From a virus (lineage: Duplodnaviria > Caudoviricetes), in the IMG/VR virus record IMGVR_UViG_3300047409_000695, positions 1 to 59,955 of that record: DNA of 59,955 nucleotides. The stretch is one strand, 5' to 3'. The stretch's first letter is position 1. Every line of letters starts with the position of its first letter. A model generated the notes under the pieces. It was not told the origin of the DNA. It did no database searches and saw only the letters and a list, made by a program, of their open reading frames with translations. Of this stretch, positions 1-9,408 are shown piece by piece. Both the position numbers and the translations under genes were made by a program.

Positions 1-127
1 GACGGCCGTAACGTTCGCCAGCGACAGCGACGGGTCCGTGCCGACCCGCTGCAGGTCTCGAATCTTGCACCGGAGCTCGAGCCACTGCAGGTTGCCGAGT
101 GCCAGCATCTTCGAGCCGGCTTGCGCG
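1..127. repeat. 127-bp terminal overlap identical to 59829-59955 (circular assembly)
   Basis: gacggccgtaacgttcgcc...ccggcttgcgcg occurs at both ends; 127 is a common assembler k-mer; a CDS reads in frame across the junction. Confidence 0.95.
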
Positions 128-1698
128 GCCGTCCCTGGCCCGAGCCCGCCGGCCGTTGCCGCCCCGGTCACGCCGTTGACGTCGACGACCAGGTCTTGAT
201 TGATCTGCGCGTTGCCGACGGCGAGAAACCGCGTGTCCTGTAACGATTCGATGACGGCCGCGTTCTGCGACTGGATCGCCGCCTGAATGTCGTTCGCCCG
301 CCATTCGAAGAAGTAGTAGTTATTCAGGAAGTCGGCATCGGATGGCGCCGAGCCGCCGGTCGGGTTCAGCGACAGATAGATCCGGAGCGTTTGAATCTGT
401 GAGACCAGCGACACTCGGCACGACAGGTTGAGGTCGTCGTCCGGCAACGTCGCCCGGTTGTAGATCCTCGAGAGGTCACGCGCCGCCCAGCCGGCCCCCG
501 TCCGAATCCCGCCGACGATATCCGTGCCGCCTGGCAGGATGTGCTCGAGCGCGGAATCCTGAAAGGTCTCGCCAGCGACGTGCGCGACCGTCAGGAATGC
601 CCGGACGGCCGGAATGCCCTGAATCGACTCCCCGGTGAAGTGCTGGATCGTTGTAAAGCAACGGAAGGACTGAATCCCATCCGGGCCGAGCGCAACCGAT
701 TCGATGCGAACGATCTCGCCGCCGTTCAGGGCGACCAGGCAGTTCACCGGAAAGTCGACCTGCCGCGTCCGAGCGTTGGCCGCGTTCAACGGGTCAGGCT
801 CCGGCGGCACGTCCCCGGGCGTCGGAATGAACCGAGCGGCGTAGTCCTGCTGAGAAGGGGCCTCGATCTGCCCGGTCCCCAGCGACGCGAGCGGCTGGAT
901 CGTGCAGTACCCCGTGACGCCGGCGTCGTAGATGATGGCCGCGATGACGGTCGTCGCGACCGCCAGGTTGACGTCAGTAATGAACACCGTTTCGGACGCG
1001 TCGAGGCCGACCATCATGCCCGCGTTGATCCCGTTGATCGACGTCGGGATGATCGACGCGTACGACGGCGCCGTGAACACCGTGCCGTGGTTGTTGTCGT
1101 AGAGCAACTGAAAGATCGTCGTGTTTGTGCGCGGGACCGTGGCGATCGGCCCCGTCGCCGCTCCGACCAGGTTCCACGGGATGAACGCCCCGCTGAAGAT
1201 GTCGATGACGTTGATCCCGATCTGCTGCAGAACCGCGGTCGGCTCGTTGACCGGCGGCGCGATGCCCACCTTGAAGACGTGCCCGTTCGCGTCGGCCTTG
1301 CGCGCCTTCGCCGTGTCGAAGACATAGAGCCACGGTTGCGCGGCCTGCGGGGGCGACGACGCGACCATCGACAACGGGTCGCCCGAGTAGCCGGCGTCGA
1401 TGTTCGTGAAGACCCCGCTGCCGACGACGCTCGAGAACAGGTTATTGCCGGCACCGACAAAGTACAGATGCGGGTTCGTGGCGAAGGACGTCGGATCGTC
1501 GAAGCGCTGAATCGCGTTGATTTGGGCGCCGAGGTTGCCGACCAGGGTCAGGCCAGGCCGAGCCGTGATCTGGTCGATCTCGTACGACCGGACGTTCTCG
1601 GCGAACCCGTACTTCCCTGGCGGCATGTCATCGATCGCCGTCGTCAGCTTCACGCCGGCCCAGAACATCCGACGCTGTTCTCGAGTAAAAGCACTCAT
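1..1698 (-). CDS. 5' part of large tail nozzle/tubular-like virion protein (joins 57861-59828; about 1221 aa in total)
   Basis: ATG at 1698 overlaps the upstream stop (ATGA); MSAFTREQRRMFWAGVKLTTAIDDMPPGKYGFAENVRSY...; in frame with the 57861..59936 ORF across the junction; missing from the ORF track because it runs off the edge; position after the adaptors matches P22 gp10/T7 gp12-type genes. Confidence 0.75.
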   Translation of the reverse strand, partial: MSAFTREQRRMFWAGVKLTTAIDDMPPGKYGFAENVRSYEIDQITARPGLTLVGNLGAQINAIQRFDDPTSFATNPHLYFVGAGNNLFSSVVGSGVFTNIDAGYSGDPLSMVASSPPQAAQPWLYVFDTAKARKADANGHVFKVGIAPPVNEPTAVLQQIGINVIDIFSGAFIPWNLVGAATGPIATVPRTNTTIFQLLYDNNHGTVFTAPSYASIIPTSINGINAGMMVGLDASETVFITDVNLAVATTVIAAIIYDAGVTGYCTIQPLASLGTGQIEAPSQQDYAARFIPTPGDVPPEPDPLNAANARTRQVDFPVNCLVALNGGEIVRIESVALGPDGIQSFRCFTTIQHFTGESIQGIPAVRAFLTVAHVAGETFQDSALEHILPGGTDIVGGIRTGAGWAARDLSRIYNRATLPDDDLNLSCRVSLVSQIQTLRIYLSLNPTGGSAPSDADFLNNYYFFEWRANDIQAAIQSQNAAVIESLQDTRFLAVGNAQINQDLVVDVNGVTGAATAGGLGPGTAAQAGSKMLALGNLQWLELRCKIRDLQRVGTDPSLSLANVTAV

Positions 1699-3494
1699 GG
1701 CGTCTCGGTCGCTTCTGGCGTATCAAGGTACGAGTTGACACGCATCTCCTGGACGGTCTGCTGCAGCATCGGGCCGCGGTTCGGCACGTCAGCCTGATCC
1801 AGCTTCATCGTCACGCCGCACGCCCCGAAGAACCGTTGTAGTAACTGGACGGCCTCATTCAACTGGCCGGCGCCTTCCTTCACCATCGCGAGGTACTCGG
1901 CGTAGTCGTACAGGGAGTCCAGCACGGAATCGTCAATCCCGAGGTTGATGCAATCCGTCGGGTTCACCGGGACCGGCATGTTCGCCACGACGTCGACCGT
2001 CACCACATAGCCGGCGCCGCCGTTCGTATCAGGCGGGGGCGCACACCCGACGATGTTCTGAGCGGTCGTCAGGAGCCTCGCCGGCGCACCGAGGGTCGTC
2101 TGCCAGGTGCGTTGGTACATGTCGACGTCGGTCACGCTGTTGACCTGCGTCACGGCCCCAGCAATGAAGCCGTCGAGCAGGACCGAGGCCTGCGTCGCGA
2201 GCTCGATCCCCTGCGTCCACCGGTCCTGGCAGTGCTTGGCGCGCGCCGGGTCGTTGGCGACCCCTTCCATCCCGAATAGGTCGGCGAGCGCTCCAAACTT
2301 GACCACCCAGGTCCAGTCGTCAGGCACGCCGAGCAGGGTCGCCGATACGGCCGGGTTGAACGTCGGCGACAGCACGACGGCCAGGAGCTCGAGCGTCCCC
2401 GCGACACTCGGGGGCGGCGCCAACTGCACCGACAACGGCGGGTTGACGCTGACCGAGTAGACCGTCGGCCAGCTATCCGTCGGCGGCGCGGCCGTTTGCC
2501 ACGCGCGGTTGTACTTCTGCAGGGACCACGAATCGTCGCGGACCAGAGGAATGACCGTGCCGTTCGCCATGATCCACGCGGCACGCCGGATCGAGATGAC
2601 ATTCGACGGGATCACGACGCGGCCGTTCGCGTCAGGCGTCAGGCCAGTGACAGCGCGCGTCACGACGGCGCCGGTCTCTCGGATGAACTGATCGGTCCGA
2701 CGCTGAATAGCCCCGACGACCTCGTTGAAGTTGAACATCGACGTGCCCGACCACCCGCTCGAGTTCGGCGGCTCCATGACCGAGTACTGGATATCGAGCA
2801 CGAGATCCCGGTCCGTGACGTTGTACGCCCGCAGGGCCGGAATGACCGTCGGCATGTCGTAGAACGCCGCGGCCGGCGCGGTCGTGAACGTGGCGCGGTT
2901 CCGGTACGTCTGCGTCAGGGCGTTGTACGTGCGGAGCGCCTCGACGAGATACCGCTGGATCTCGGCCGAGGTCCAATGCACCAGGTTCAGGTCACTGAGC
3001 CTCGAGGCCACGTCCAGAATCGCCTGCGAGAGCGGATAGCAGACCGACTGCCCGGGCACACCGCACTCACCGGTCGGCGGCGCCCAGCCGTCGCACACCG
3101 GGCTGTTGCCGAACTGCAAGTCGTAGTCGAGCAGAAATTCGGCGAGGACTTGATCGGCTTGCGCCGGAATACTGGCGCCGTTGACGAGAAAGACTCTCCC
3201 GGTCCACGTCGTCCCCGGTCCGATGATGACGTTGTTCAGGGACGTGATGAACGGCGCGTTACAAACGACCCGGTTCCGAGAGACTAACTGTAGGGCTGGA
3301 TTGATCGGGGGACACCCGTAGGTGTTCCCAAAGGCCGTGACGGTGGTGTTGTCGTCGAACAGACCGTTGCCGAAGAAGTCGTTCGAATCGAACTGAAAAA
3401 ATGCCGTCGAGAGGCCCGCGTTGCCGATGATGAAGTTACTGAACGTGAACGGCGGCGTCAGTGGACCGACAAGGGGCGGTGTGCCGCACGACAT
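1695..3494 (-). CDS. virion head-tail adaptor-like protein with N-terminal extra domain (599 aa)
   Basis: ILDVASRLSD...WTSAEIQRYLVEALR helical motif typical of podovirus adaptors; synteny. Confidence 0.55.
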   Translation of the reverse strand: MSCGTPPLVGPLTPPFTFSNFIIGNAGLSTAFFQFDSNDFFGNGLFDDNTTVTAFGNTYGCPPINPALQLVSRNRVVCNAPFITSLNNVIIGPGTTWTGRVFLVNGASIPAQADQVLAEFLLDYDLQFGNSPVCDGWAPPTGECGVPGQSVCYPLSQAILDVASRLSDLNLVHWTSAEIQRYLVEALRTYNALTQTYRNRATFTTAPAAAFYDMPTVIPALRAYNVTDRDLVLDIQYSVMEPPNSSGWSGTSMFNFNEVVGAIQRRTDQFIRETGAVVTRAVTGLTPDANGRVVIPSNVISIRRAAWIMANGTVIPLVRDDSWSLQKYNRAWQTAAPPTDSWPTVYSVSVNPPLSVQLAPPPSVAGTLELLAVVLSPTFNPAVSATLLGVPDDWTWVVKFGALADLFGMEGVANDPARAKHCQDRWTQGIELATQASVLLDGFIAGAVTQVNSVTDVDMYQRTWQTTLGAPARLLTTAQNIVGCAPPPDTNGGAGYVVTVDVVANMPVPVNPTDCINLGIDDSVLDSLYDYAEYLAMVKEGAGQLNEAVQLLQRFFGACGVTMKLDQADVPNRGPMLQQTVQEMRVNSYLDTPEATETP

Positions 3495-3496
3495 CG

Positions 3497-4690
3497 CTAC
3501 ACCTTCACCACGCCGAACTCGACGTTGCCGGCGGTCGTCGGGTCAGGCAGTAAGGACACATTCGCGAAGTTCCACGGCGCGTTGCCGTTCGTCGGATCCC
3601 CGTTCAAGGCCTCGAGGTAGTAGAGCGTCGAGCCGTTCGTGGCGGGCACGTTCGCGCTTTGACTGAGCGTGTCGCCGGCAAAGGTGCCCGTCACAATCTT
3701 TCGGACCAACCGCCCGAGGTTCACGCCGGCCGCGTTCGCCTGCACGCGCGCCGCCCATTGCACGCCGTAGAGCGGCCAAGGCGTCCCGTTCGAGAAGTAT
3801 CCCCAGGCCGTCCCATCCGGCTGGACCGTGCCGGCTCGAGGATGCCGGAAGACGTACGAATCTCTCATGCCGGCCGTCGGTCCCAGGTTGAACGCGGACC
3901 CGCTCGAGTCGTTCGCTTGCCTCGAATTGATCTGCGTGTAGTTTGTCGGCTGCCCGAGCGCCGTCGACCACTTCGTATTCCCGACGGTCAGGTTCGGGCC
4001 GTCGGCCGTCGCCAACATCGCCTGAATACTCATGTTGCCGAGGAAGTCGGCCAGGTGCGTGACGGTGCCATCCCGACGGGCGATCCCGCCGACCGGTAGC
4101 GTCGCGTTGCCGTCGAGCACGTATACGTCCGAGATATTGAACGTGCCGGCCTCGACACCCGACGCCCCGAACTGAAAACCCGTATACGTGTTGGCGACCG
4201 CAGGAAAGAGCGTCTGGGCGACCACCGACGTGTTGACGCGGACGATGACGGACCCGGCACCACTCCCGGCATTCGCGTTCCATTGAAATTCGACGTACGC
4301 CCCGACGGCCGCGCGCACCGTCGACGCCGGCGAGATCGCGATAGCCCCGACGACGCCGGACCGCAAGACCTGCAGTTGCCCGGTCGGCGTGACCTGTAGC
4401 GTCAGCGTGAGTCCGGCCGACAGCGTGAGCTTGAAGATCGTGAACGCGTTCGGCCCTGGAATCGTGAGCGGTCGTAGGGCGAAGCCGATCGTGAAGAGGT
4501 TCCCGCCGGCACCGAAGGCCGACGGCGTGACGGTTCTGGTGACGTTGGCGGTCAGGGCACCGTTGAAGAAGAGCGCGGCGCCCCCGAGTCGACCGGCCGC
4601 GGCCACGACGGTGACGTTATTCGCCGTGCTGTACTTCGTGGCGATTTGGGCCGTCGTGTAGTGGTTGGTCGAGTCGAGGAAAAGGATCAT
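3497..4690 (-). CDS. virion structural/tail appendage protein, beta-rich (LamG/ConA-like possible)
   Basis: 397 aa rich in T/G/A/N, beta-strand pattern, inside the tail module. Confidence 0.5.
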   Translation of the reverse strand: MILFLDSTNHYTTAQIATKYSTANNVTVVAAAGRLGGAALFFNGALTANVTRTVTPSAFGAGGNLFTIGFALRPLTIPGPNAFTIFKLTLSAGLTLTLQVTPTGQLQVLRSGVVGAIAISPASTVRAAVGAYVEFQWNANAGSGAGSVIVRVNTSVVAQTLFPAVANTYTGFQFGASGVEAGTFNISDVYVLDGNATLPVGGIARRDGTVTHLADFLGNMSIQAMLATADGPNLTVGNTKWSTALGQPTNYTQINSRQANDSSGSAFNLGPTAGMRDSYVFRHPRAGTVQPDGTAWGYFSNGTPWPLYGVQWAARVQANAAGVNLGRLVRKIVTGTFAGDTLSQSANVPATNGSTLYYLEALNGDPTNGNAPWNFANVSLLPDPTTAGNVEFGVVKV

Positions 4691-4704
4691 GCCTGATCAG
4701 CCGT

Positions 4705-4920
4705 CTACGGCTTCGCAGGCGGCGTCATCGCTTTCTGTTGCTGTTGTTGCTGGGCCTGCTGGACCTGCAGGATGTACTCGTACGCCATCTGCCCATGAAG
4801 CGACCGGACATAGACAATCCACCCGCCGGCGACAAGAGCGCCGACTAGCACAAGCGCCAGCGTGAAGCCGGCGCCCTTCAGCATCCACTTCGTCTGTTCT
4901 GACAGGGTCGGGAGCTTCAT
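4705..4920 (-). CDS. small single-TM protein with poly-Gln tail
   Basis: AGFTLALVLVGALVAGGWIVYV hydrophobic segment, then QVQQAQQQQQQK. Confidence 0.65.
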   Translation of the reverse strand: MKLPTLSEQTKWMLKGAGFTLALVLVGALVAGGWIVYVRSLHGQMAYEYILQVQQAQQQQQQKAMTPPAKP

Positions 4921-5175
4921 CTACGTGTCGGACTTGCCGTACCCGCGTTGTGTCGTCCCTGGCCGCGGCGATCGTGACTCCATGCCGGCCGTCTGCGTCG
5001 GCGTCGGCATCCGGCCAGGCTTCAGCGTGTCGTCCATGATCTTCAACGGCACGACGCCCCTCGAGGCCGGCTGCGTGAACGGCGCGTTCGGGTAGTGGTC
5101 GCACGCCGACGATCCGCCGCTCTTCGACAACGTCTTCGAATCCATCTGCGTGTTGACCGTTTTTCCTCGAGCCAT
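4921..5175 (-). CDS. small basic hypothetical protein
   Basis: GGAG RBS; abuts its neighbours. Confidence 0.6.
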   Translation of the reverse strand: MARGKTVNTQMDSKTLSKSGGSSACDHYPNAPFTQPASRGVVPLKIMDDTLKPGRMPTPTQTAGMESRSPRPGTTQRGYGKSDT

Positions 5176-5184
5176 CGTGCACTC

Positions 5185-6207
5185 CTACAGGTTGACCAAG
5201 TGACTCTGAATGAAGTTCGCGTCGACCGGGTACGGGAACGTCGGCGGCTGTCGCAAGCCATGCCCGCGGTTCCAGACCGATTGTGTGGCCTGATTATCGT
5301 CCTGCCGGATAGCGTCCTGCAAGAGCCCGACGTACCGCCCGCGAACCCCGTGAATCTGTTCCATCGCCTGATTGATGGCGGACGACCAGTTCACTTTCGC
5401 GAGCGCGGGAAAGTGCCCGACGTTGATGCGTGCCCACGGGTACGCGTAGTACGCCAGCGTCCACTGCACGATCAACTGGTCCGGGATGAGCAACGGTTGC
5501 GTGTCTGTCGGCGCTGAAAAGTCGAGACCCTGGCGCCGGTACCGGACGTAGAACGACTGCCCGTCGGTCGGACCCGGCCAGGCTTCATAGATCGGAATCG
5601 GCGGACTATCGAGCGACCCCTTGTAGAACCCCCAGTTGTACGCCTGGCCCAAACTCTGACGCTGCGGGTCGACCTTGTCGAAGTCGACGCTGGTGTAGTC
5701 CTGATTCATCTTCCAGCCGTTGACCATGTCGACGATCGAGATCCACCGTAGGAAGTCCGGAATCGGCGCCTGAATGTACGGGCGGTAGCACTGGTACTGC
5801 GAGGCCGCGGCCGTCGCTTCCACGATCGCCCGGTCCAGCGTGATGACGATGGCAGCCGGATTCGTGGTCGTGTCGACGCTGACGATGTTGTAGATCTCGG
5901 ACGTCGTCCCTGGCCCGCCGACCCGAATCGACAGCGCCTGAAACGGCGTCTCGATCAGCGTCCCGACGGCGATCAGCGCCGCCGAGGCCGTCGCGTCCGC
6001 CGTGACGACGTTGCTGTACTGCGTGATGTTGAGAGTGCCGGCCGTGATCAGGGCCGGACAGACGATCGAATCGTCGACGACCAGAAACGACCAGAGTCGT
6101 TTGTCTCGGATGGCTCGCCAGGCGCGTTTGACCCAGGTCTCGACGAGAATGGGCGACGCGCCTGGCAGGTTGCCGCTGACTTCTGCCGCGAGGTCTGCGA
6201 AAGCCAC
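5185..6207 (-). CDS. head-to-tail adaptor protein (P22 gp4/T7 gp11-like position)
   Basis: N-terminal helices ...LVETWVKRAWRAIRDKRLWSFL, WPGP motif; follows the capsid genes. Confidence 0.6.
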   Translation of the reverse strand: MAFADLAAEVSGNLPGASPILVETWVKRAWRAIRDKRLWSFLVVDDSIVCPALITAGTLNITQYSNVVTADATASAALIAVGTLIETPFQALSIRVGGPGTTSEIYNIVSVDTTTNPAAIVITLDRAIVEATAAASQYQCYRPYIQAPIPDFLRWISIVDMVNGWKMNQDYTSVDFDKVDPQRQSLGQAYNWGFYKGSLDSPPIPIYEAWPGPTDGQSFYVRYRRQGLDFSAPTDTQPLLIPDQLIVQWTLAYYAYPWARINVGHFPALAKVNWSSAINQAMEQIHGVRGRYVGLLQDAIRQDDNQATQSVWNRGHGLRQPPTFPYPVDANFIQSHLVNL

Positions 6208-6249
6208 GAGTCCGTGATCCTCCTATCCGGAGAACCGCTCCGGACCCGC

Positions 6250-6660
6250 CTACTTGGAAACGCCGAAGCCCTGCAGCCGCACGGTTTCGGTCGAGAGGTT
6301 CGTCGCCGCGATGGCTTCCGTATTGACGACCTGGGCCTGACCGCCGAACGCCCCGGTGAACGTGGCGATCCAGCGCAGTCTGTAGGTTGTCGCCGGAATC
6401 CCCGACAGTGAACTCGAGTTCTGACCGGTGACAGACGACGTGACCGGAATCGCCTCGACGCGGAACCGACCGCTATCGGTCACACCGTCCGACAGCAGGT
6501 CGAAGTTTTTCATCCCCGCTTCGGCAGCCGTCACCACGTCGCCGCCGACAACAGGCGGCGTGCCGTTCGTGACCTGCGTGTAACTGGCCGGGCCGGAGTG
6601 CGGGAAGATCGAAACGGGCTTCGAGCCCCACGCGTCGGGATAGCCGTTGAACGGTCGCAT
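6250..6660 (-). CDS. minor virion structural protein
   Basis: 136 aa, GGAG RBS, in the head module. Confidence 0.55.
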   Translation of the reverse strand: MRPFNGYPDAWGSKPVSIFPHSGPASYTQVTNGTPPVVGGDVVTAAEAGMKNFDLLSDGVTDSGRFRVEAIPVTSSVTGQNSSSLSGIPATTYRLRWIATFTGAFGGQAQVVNTEAIAATNLSTETVRLQGFGVSK

Positions 6661-6669
6661 CGGTGACTC

Positions 6670-7458
6670 CTACTGGCTCTGATACCGAACCAGAACGCCT
6701 GGCGTGTTCGTGATGGTCGCCGATGTCGTCGTATTCAGCAAGGCCACGGTCAGCAGCAACTGCTTCAGGTCGGTGGCAAACGGCAGCGTGCCGGTCGCCG
6801 GCGTGAACCGCTGGCTGACGAACGCGCCGGCGGTCGTCGTCGTGATGTTCGCAGACCCGCACACCGGCAAGTTTGTTGCCGTGCCTGAATCCGCCCTGAC
6901 AGGTGTGACAGTCGACGGTGTTTCGCCGGCTACCGGCGTCGGATACGTGATCGTCGAGAAGACGATGGCGCCGTTCCACGTTCCGGACGCGGGCACACAC
7001 GCCTGCGTGCCAAGGTTCGTGGTCTGAATGCCATACATGAAGTCGGCGCTCAGTACCTGTAACCCCGTGCCGGACGTCACGATGACGGACGGCGGCGTGA
7101 TGTTACAGACGAAGGTGTGCGTGTTCGGACCGCCCGCTGCGGTCGTCGACACCTGGCTGACGGCGGTCAAGGATGCACCGGCGGTCGTCAGACCGTTCGT
7201 GCCGCCCAGTGTGCCGGCCGTGCTGCCCTGGCACGCGCCAGGCGGTACCCAGTAGTTGTACGGGTTCGCGTTGCTCAGCCCCTGCGCGTGCAGGATGCCC
7301 ATGACCCGATCGAGCAGATGCACTCGAGGACTGAGGTCGACCGACTGGGCGACCGGAAACGGCGTCGGCTTTGGCGGCGCCGGAACGGGCCAGCAGACGA
7401 ACGCGACCGCCGCGAGCACTGCGGCCACCGACAGAACCTTCAACCTTGTGAAACGCAT
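6670..7458 (-). CDS. structural-module protein with N-terminal signal/TM segment and Cys-containing Thr-rich beta domain
   Basis: MRFTRLKVLSVAAVLAAVAFVCW, Pro-rich linker, ...ILHA|QGLSNANP, four further Cys. Confidence 0.6.
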   Translation of the reverse strand: MRFTRLKVLSVAAVLAAVAFVCWPVPAPPKPTPFPVAQSVDLSPRVHLLDRVMGILHAQGLSNANPYNYWVPPGACQGSTAGTLGGTNGLTTAGASLTAVSQVSTTAAGGPNTHTFVCNITPPSVIVTSGTGLQVLSADFMYGIQTTNLGTQACVPASGTWNGAIVFSTITYPTPVAGETPSTVTPVRADSGTATNLPVCGSANITTTTAGAFVSQRFTPATGTLPFATDLKQLLLTVALLNTTTSATITNTPGVLVRYQSQ

Positions 7459-7485
7459 GTCTACTTCTCCCTTTTCGGTCAGCGA

Positions 7486-8133
7486 CTAACCGCGCTCGTT
7501 CAGCCGTCGCAGGCTGACAAGTTTCAGACCGCCGTTCGTCGCCAACTGCTCGGTCGGTCCGAGGTAGCGGTTGGCGAAGAGCGAGTTATCCGACCACGTC
7601 GTCGGGTTCGCGTTCGCCACGGTGTCCGCGAAGCCGTTGTCCGCGCCGGCGCCTGCCGCCGCACAGAACGCCGCCTCGCCGATGCCCGTCGGCGCGTGCG
7701 TGAGAACGGCCCGGAACTTGACGAAGGTGGGCCCCCAGCACTGGATAAACGAGAAGTTGCCGACGCCCCAGGTCGACGACAGGACAATGCCGGCTGGGTA
7801 CTGCGCGCCTGGCACCGTGCCGCTCTCAAGGGTCGTCACGACGAACAGGCTGTCCGTCGAGCTCGCGAAGGCATCCCAGAACACGATCTGGCCAACCACG
7901 GGATTCGCCGTCGATCCGGCCGACAACTGGACGTACCGGAAGCCGCCCCCGAAGACGGTGCCGACCGCCGAGTTGAAAATCAGTTCGCTGTCGTCGAGCT
8001 CGAGGATCTTGCCCAACTGCCCGGGCGCCAACCCGACCTGCGGGCCGATGTTGCCACCGCCGCCGCCGGCAATCGAGTCGTTGACCTGGTTGATGTTGCC
8101 GGACGCGATCCGCTGAATCAGTTCCATCGACAT
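7486..8133 (-). CDS. capsid decoration/cement-like protein
   Basis: directly downstream of the major capsid gene; FRYVQL and GNFSFIQCWG motifs resemble capsid cement proteins. Confidence 0.5.
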   Translation of the reverse strand: MSMELIQRIASGNINQVNDSIAGGGGGNIGPQVGLAPGQLGKILELDDSELIFNSAVGTVFGGGFRYVQLSAGSTANPVVGQIVFWDAFASSTDSLFVVTTLESGTVPGAQYPAGIVLSSTWGVGNFSFIQCWGPTFVKFRAVLTHAPTGIGEAAFCAAAGAGADNGFADTVANANPTTWSDNSLFANRYLGPTEQLATNGGLKLVSLRRLNERG

Positions 8134-8172
8134 GATGAGTGTCCTTTACGTCTTGAGCAACCGTTCTTCTGA

Positions 8173-9366
8173 CTACCCGCCGATGCCGAGGAATTGCTTT
8201 TGCGTGCGCGGCGAGAGGCACTCGACGTTCACCATCGCCTTGACCTGGCCGACGACGCGCGTGTTGTTCTGCGCGGGCACAAACCCGGAGAACCCGAATC
8301 CGAACTGCTCGGTATCGCTGACTCGGAAGAGCCAGTCGAAGGTGTTGTACATGTTCAGAACTTCGCCGATCGTGCAGACCGTGTTCGCAGGGAAGTTTGA
8401 GGCCGCGGCAGGCGCGAGACCCGTCGTGTTGACGGTGCCGGTCAGGTAGTTGCCGAGGACCGGGTCGTTCTTCCCGTACTTCGCGGACGGGAAGTAGTCG
8501 GACTTCAGGACCATCGCGTTGTTGAAACGGAAGCCCATGACGCCCCAGACCGGATCCCGTTCCTGCTGGAACCGCTGTTGGACCTGCATCTTCTCTTTCA
8601 CGTACGCGATGCCGGCCTTGTTGCTGACCATCAGGTTCGGCTCTTTCTTGCCGATCGACGCGTCCTGGTAGCCTTCCTCGAGCGTCGAGTACTGCACGAC
8701 GCCCGTGCCGCCCGTCGGCGTGCCGCACCACACCGGAACCGAGTTCAGCGCCGAACCGACAGCGCCGTTCCGGGTCTGCCCGCCGTAGCTGGCGTAGACG
8801 CTGCCATCCCAGCCAGGCGTCACACCGTCGTTGATGGCCTCGACCCAGCCGTTAATCGCGAGCGACCGCGTGCCGACGCCGGAGTTCGCGAAGCCGACCG
8901 CCGTGATGGCGTTCGCTGTGTCGATGCCGTTCTGCATGTCGGCGTCGAGAATCGAGACCACCGCGTTCGGTCCCTTGTTCTGCACCGACAGTTCCTCGAG
9001 GTACTCGGGGATGCTGACATACAGATACTTGGGCTGGAACTGCAGGGCCGCGAGGGTCGTGCGCTTCGTGATGTTGAAGCTGGCGCCCGGTGCGTAGAAT
9101 CCGCCGATCATCGGCGCGTAGCGGAACACCGCCTGCATGAACGACCCGCCCCCGAACGGCACGAGGCAGTGGTCTCGGAAATACGCGAGCTCTGGAACGG
9201 CGAGAAAGAAGTTGTCCTCGACGGTCTGCGGATAGATCTCGAAGAGCGTCGTGGCGTTCAATTCGTCGACGTTCGGATCCGCGTGGTAGACGCCGCCCGG
9301 CGTCTCGGCGAGCAGGTTCGCAATAACGTTGAACCCGACCAGTGACTTGATGCCTGTACGGAACAT
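8173..9366 (-). CDS. major capsid protein (HK97 fold)
   Basis: 397 aa; DELNATTL...VEDNFF start; GFRFNNAMVLKSDY; lies after the scaffold. Confidence 0.8.
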   Translation of the reverse strand: MFRTGIKSLVGFNVIANLLAETPGGVYHADPNVDELNATTLFEIYPQTVEDNFFLAVPELAYFRDHCLVPFGGGSFMQAVFRYAPMIGGFYAPGASFNITKRTTLAALQFQPKYLYVSIPEYLEELSVQNKGPNAVVSILDADMQNGIDTANAITAVGFANSGVGTRSLAINGWVEAINDGVTPGWDGSVYASYGGQTRNGAVGSALNSVPVWCGTPTGGTGVVQYSTLEEGYQDASIGKKEPNLMVSNKAGIAYVKEKMQVQQRFQQERDPVWGVMGFRFNNAMVLKSDYFPSAKYGKNDPVLGNYLTGTVNTTGLAPAAASNFPANTVCTIGEVLNMYNTFDWLFRVSDTEQFGFGFSGFVPAQNNTRVVGQVKAMVNVECLSPRTQKQFLGIGG

Positions 9367-9408
9367 AGTGAGTCCTCTTGGCTACTCGCCGTTTTCAGTC
9401 TGCGGCCA

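Noticed and set aside
541-1797. 418-aa plus-strand ORF (similarly 23050-24324, 44888-46171, 53598-54548, 58473-59669)
   Set aside because: Arg-rich shadow frames opposite real genes or across non-coding GC-rich DNA
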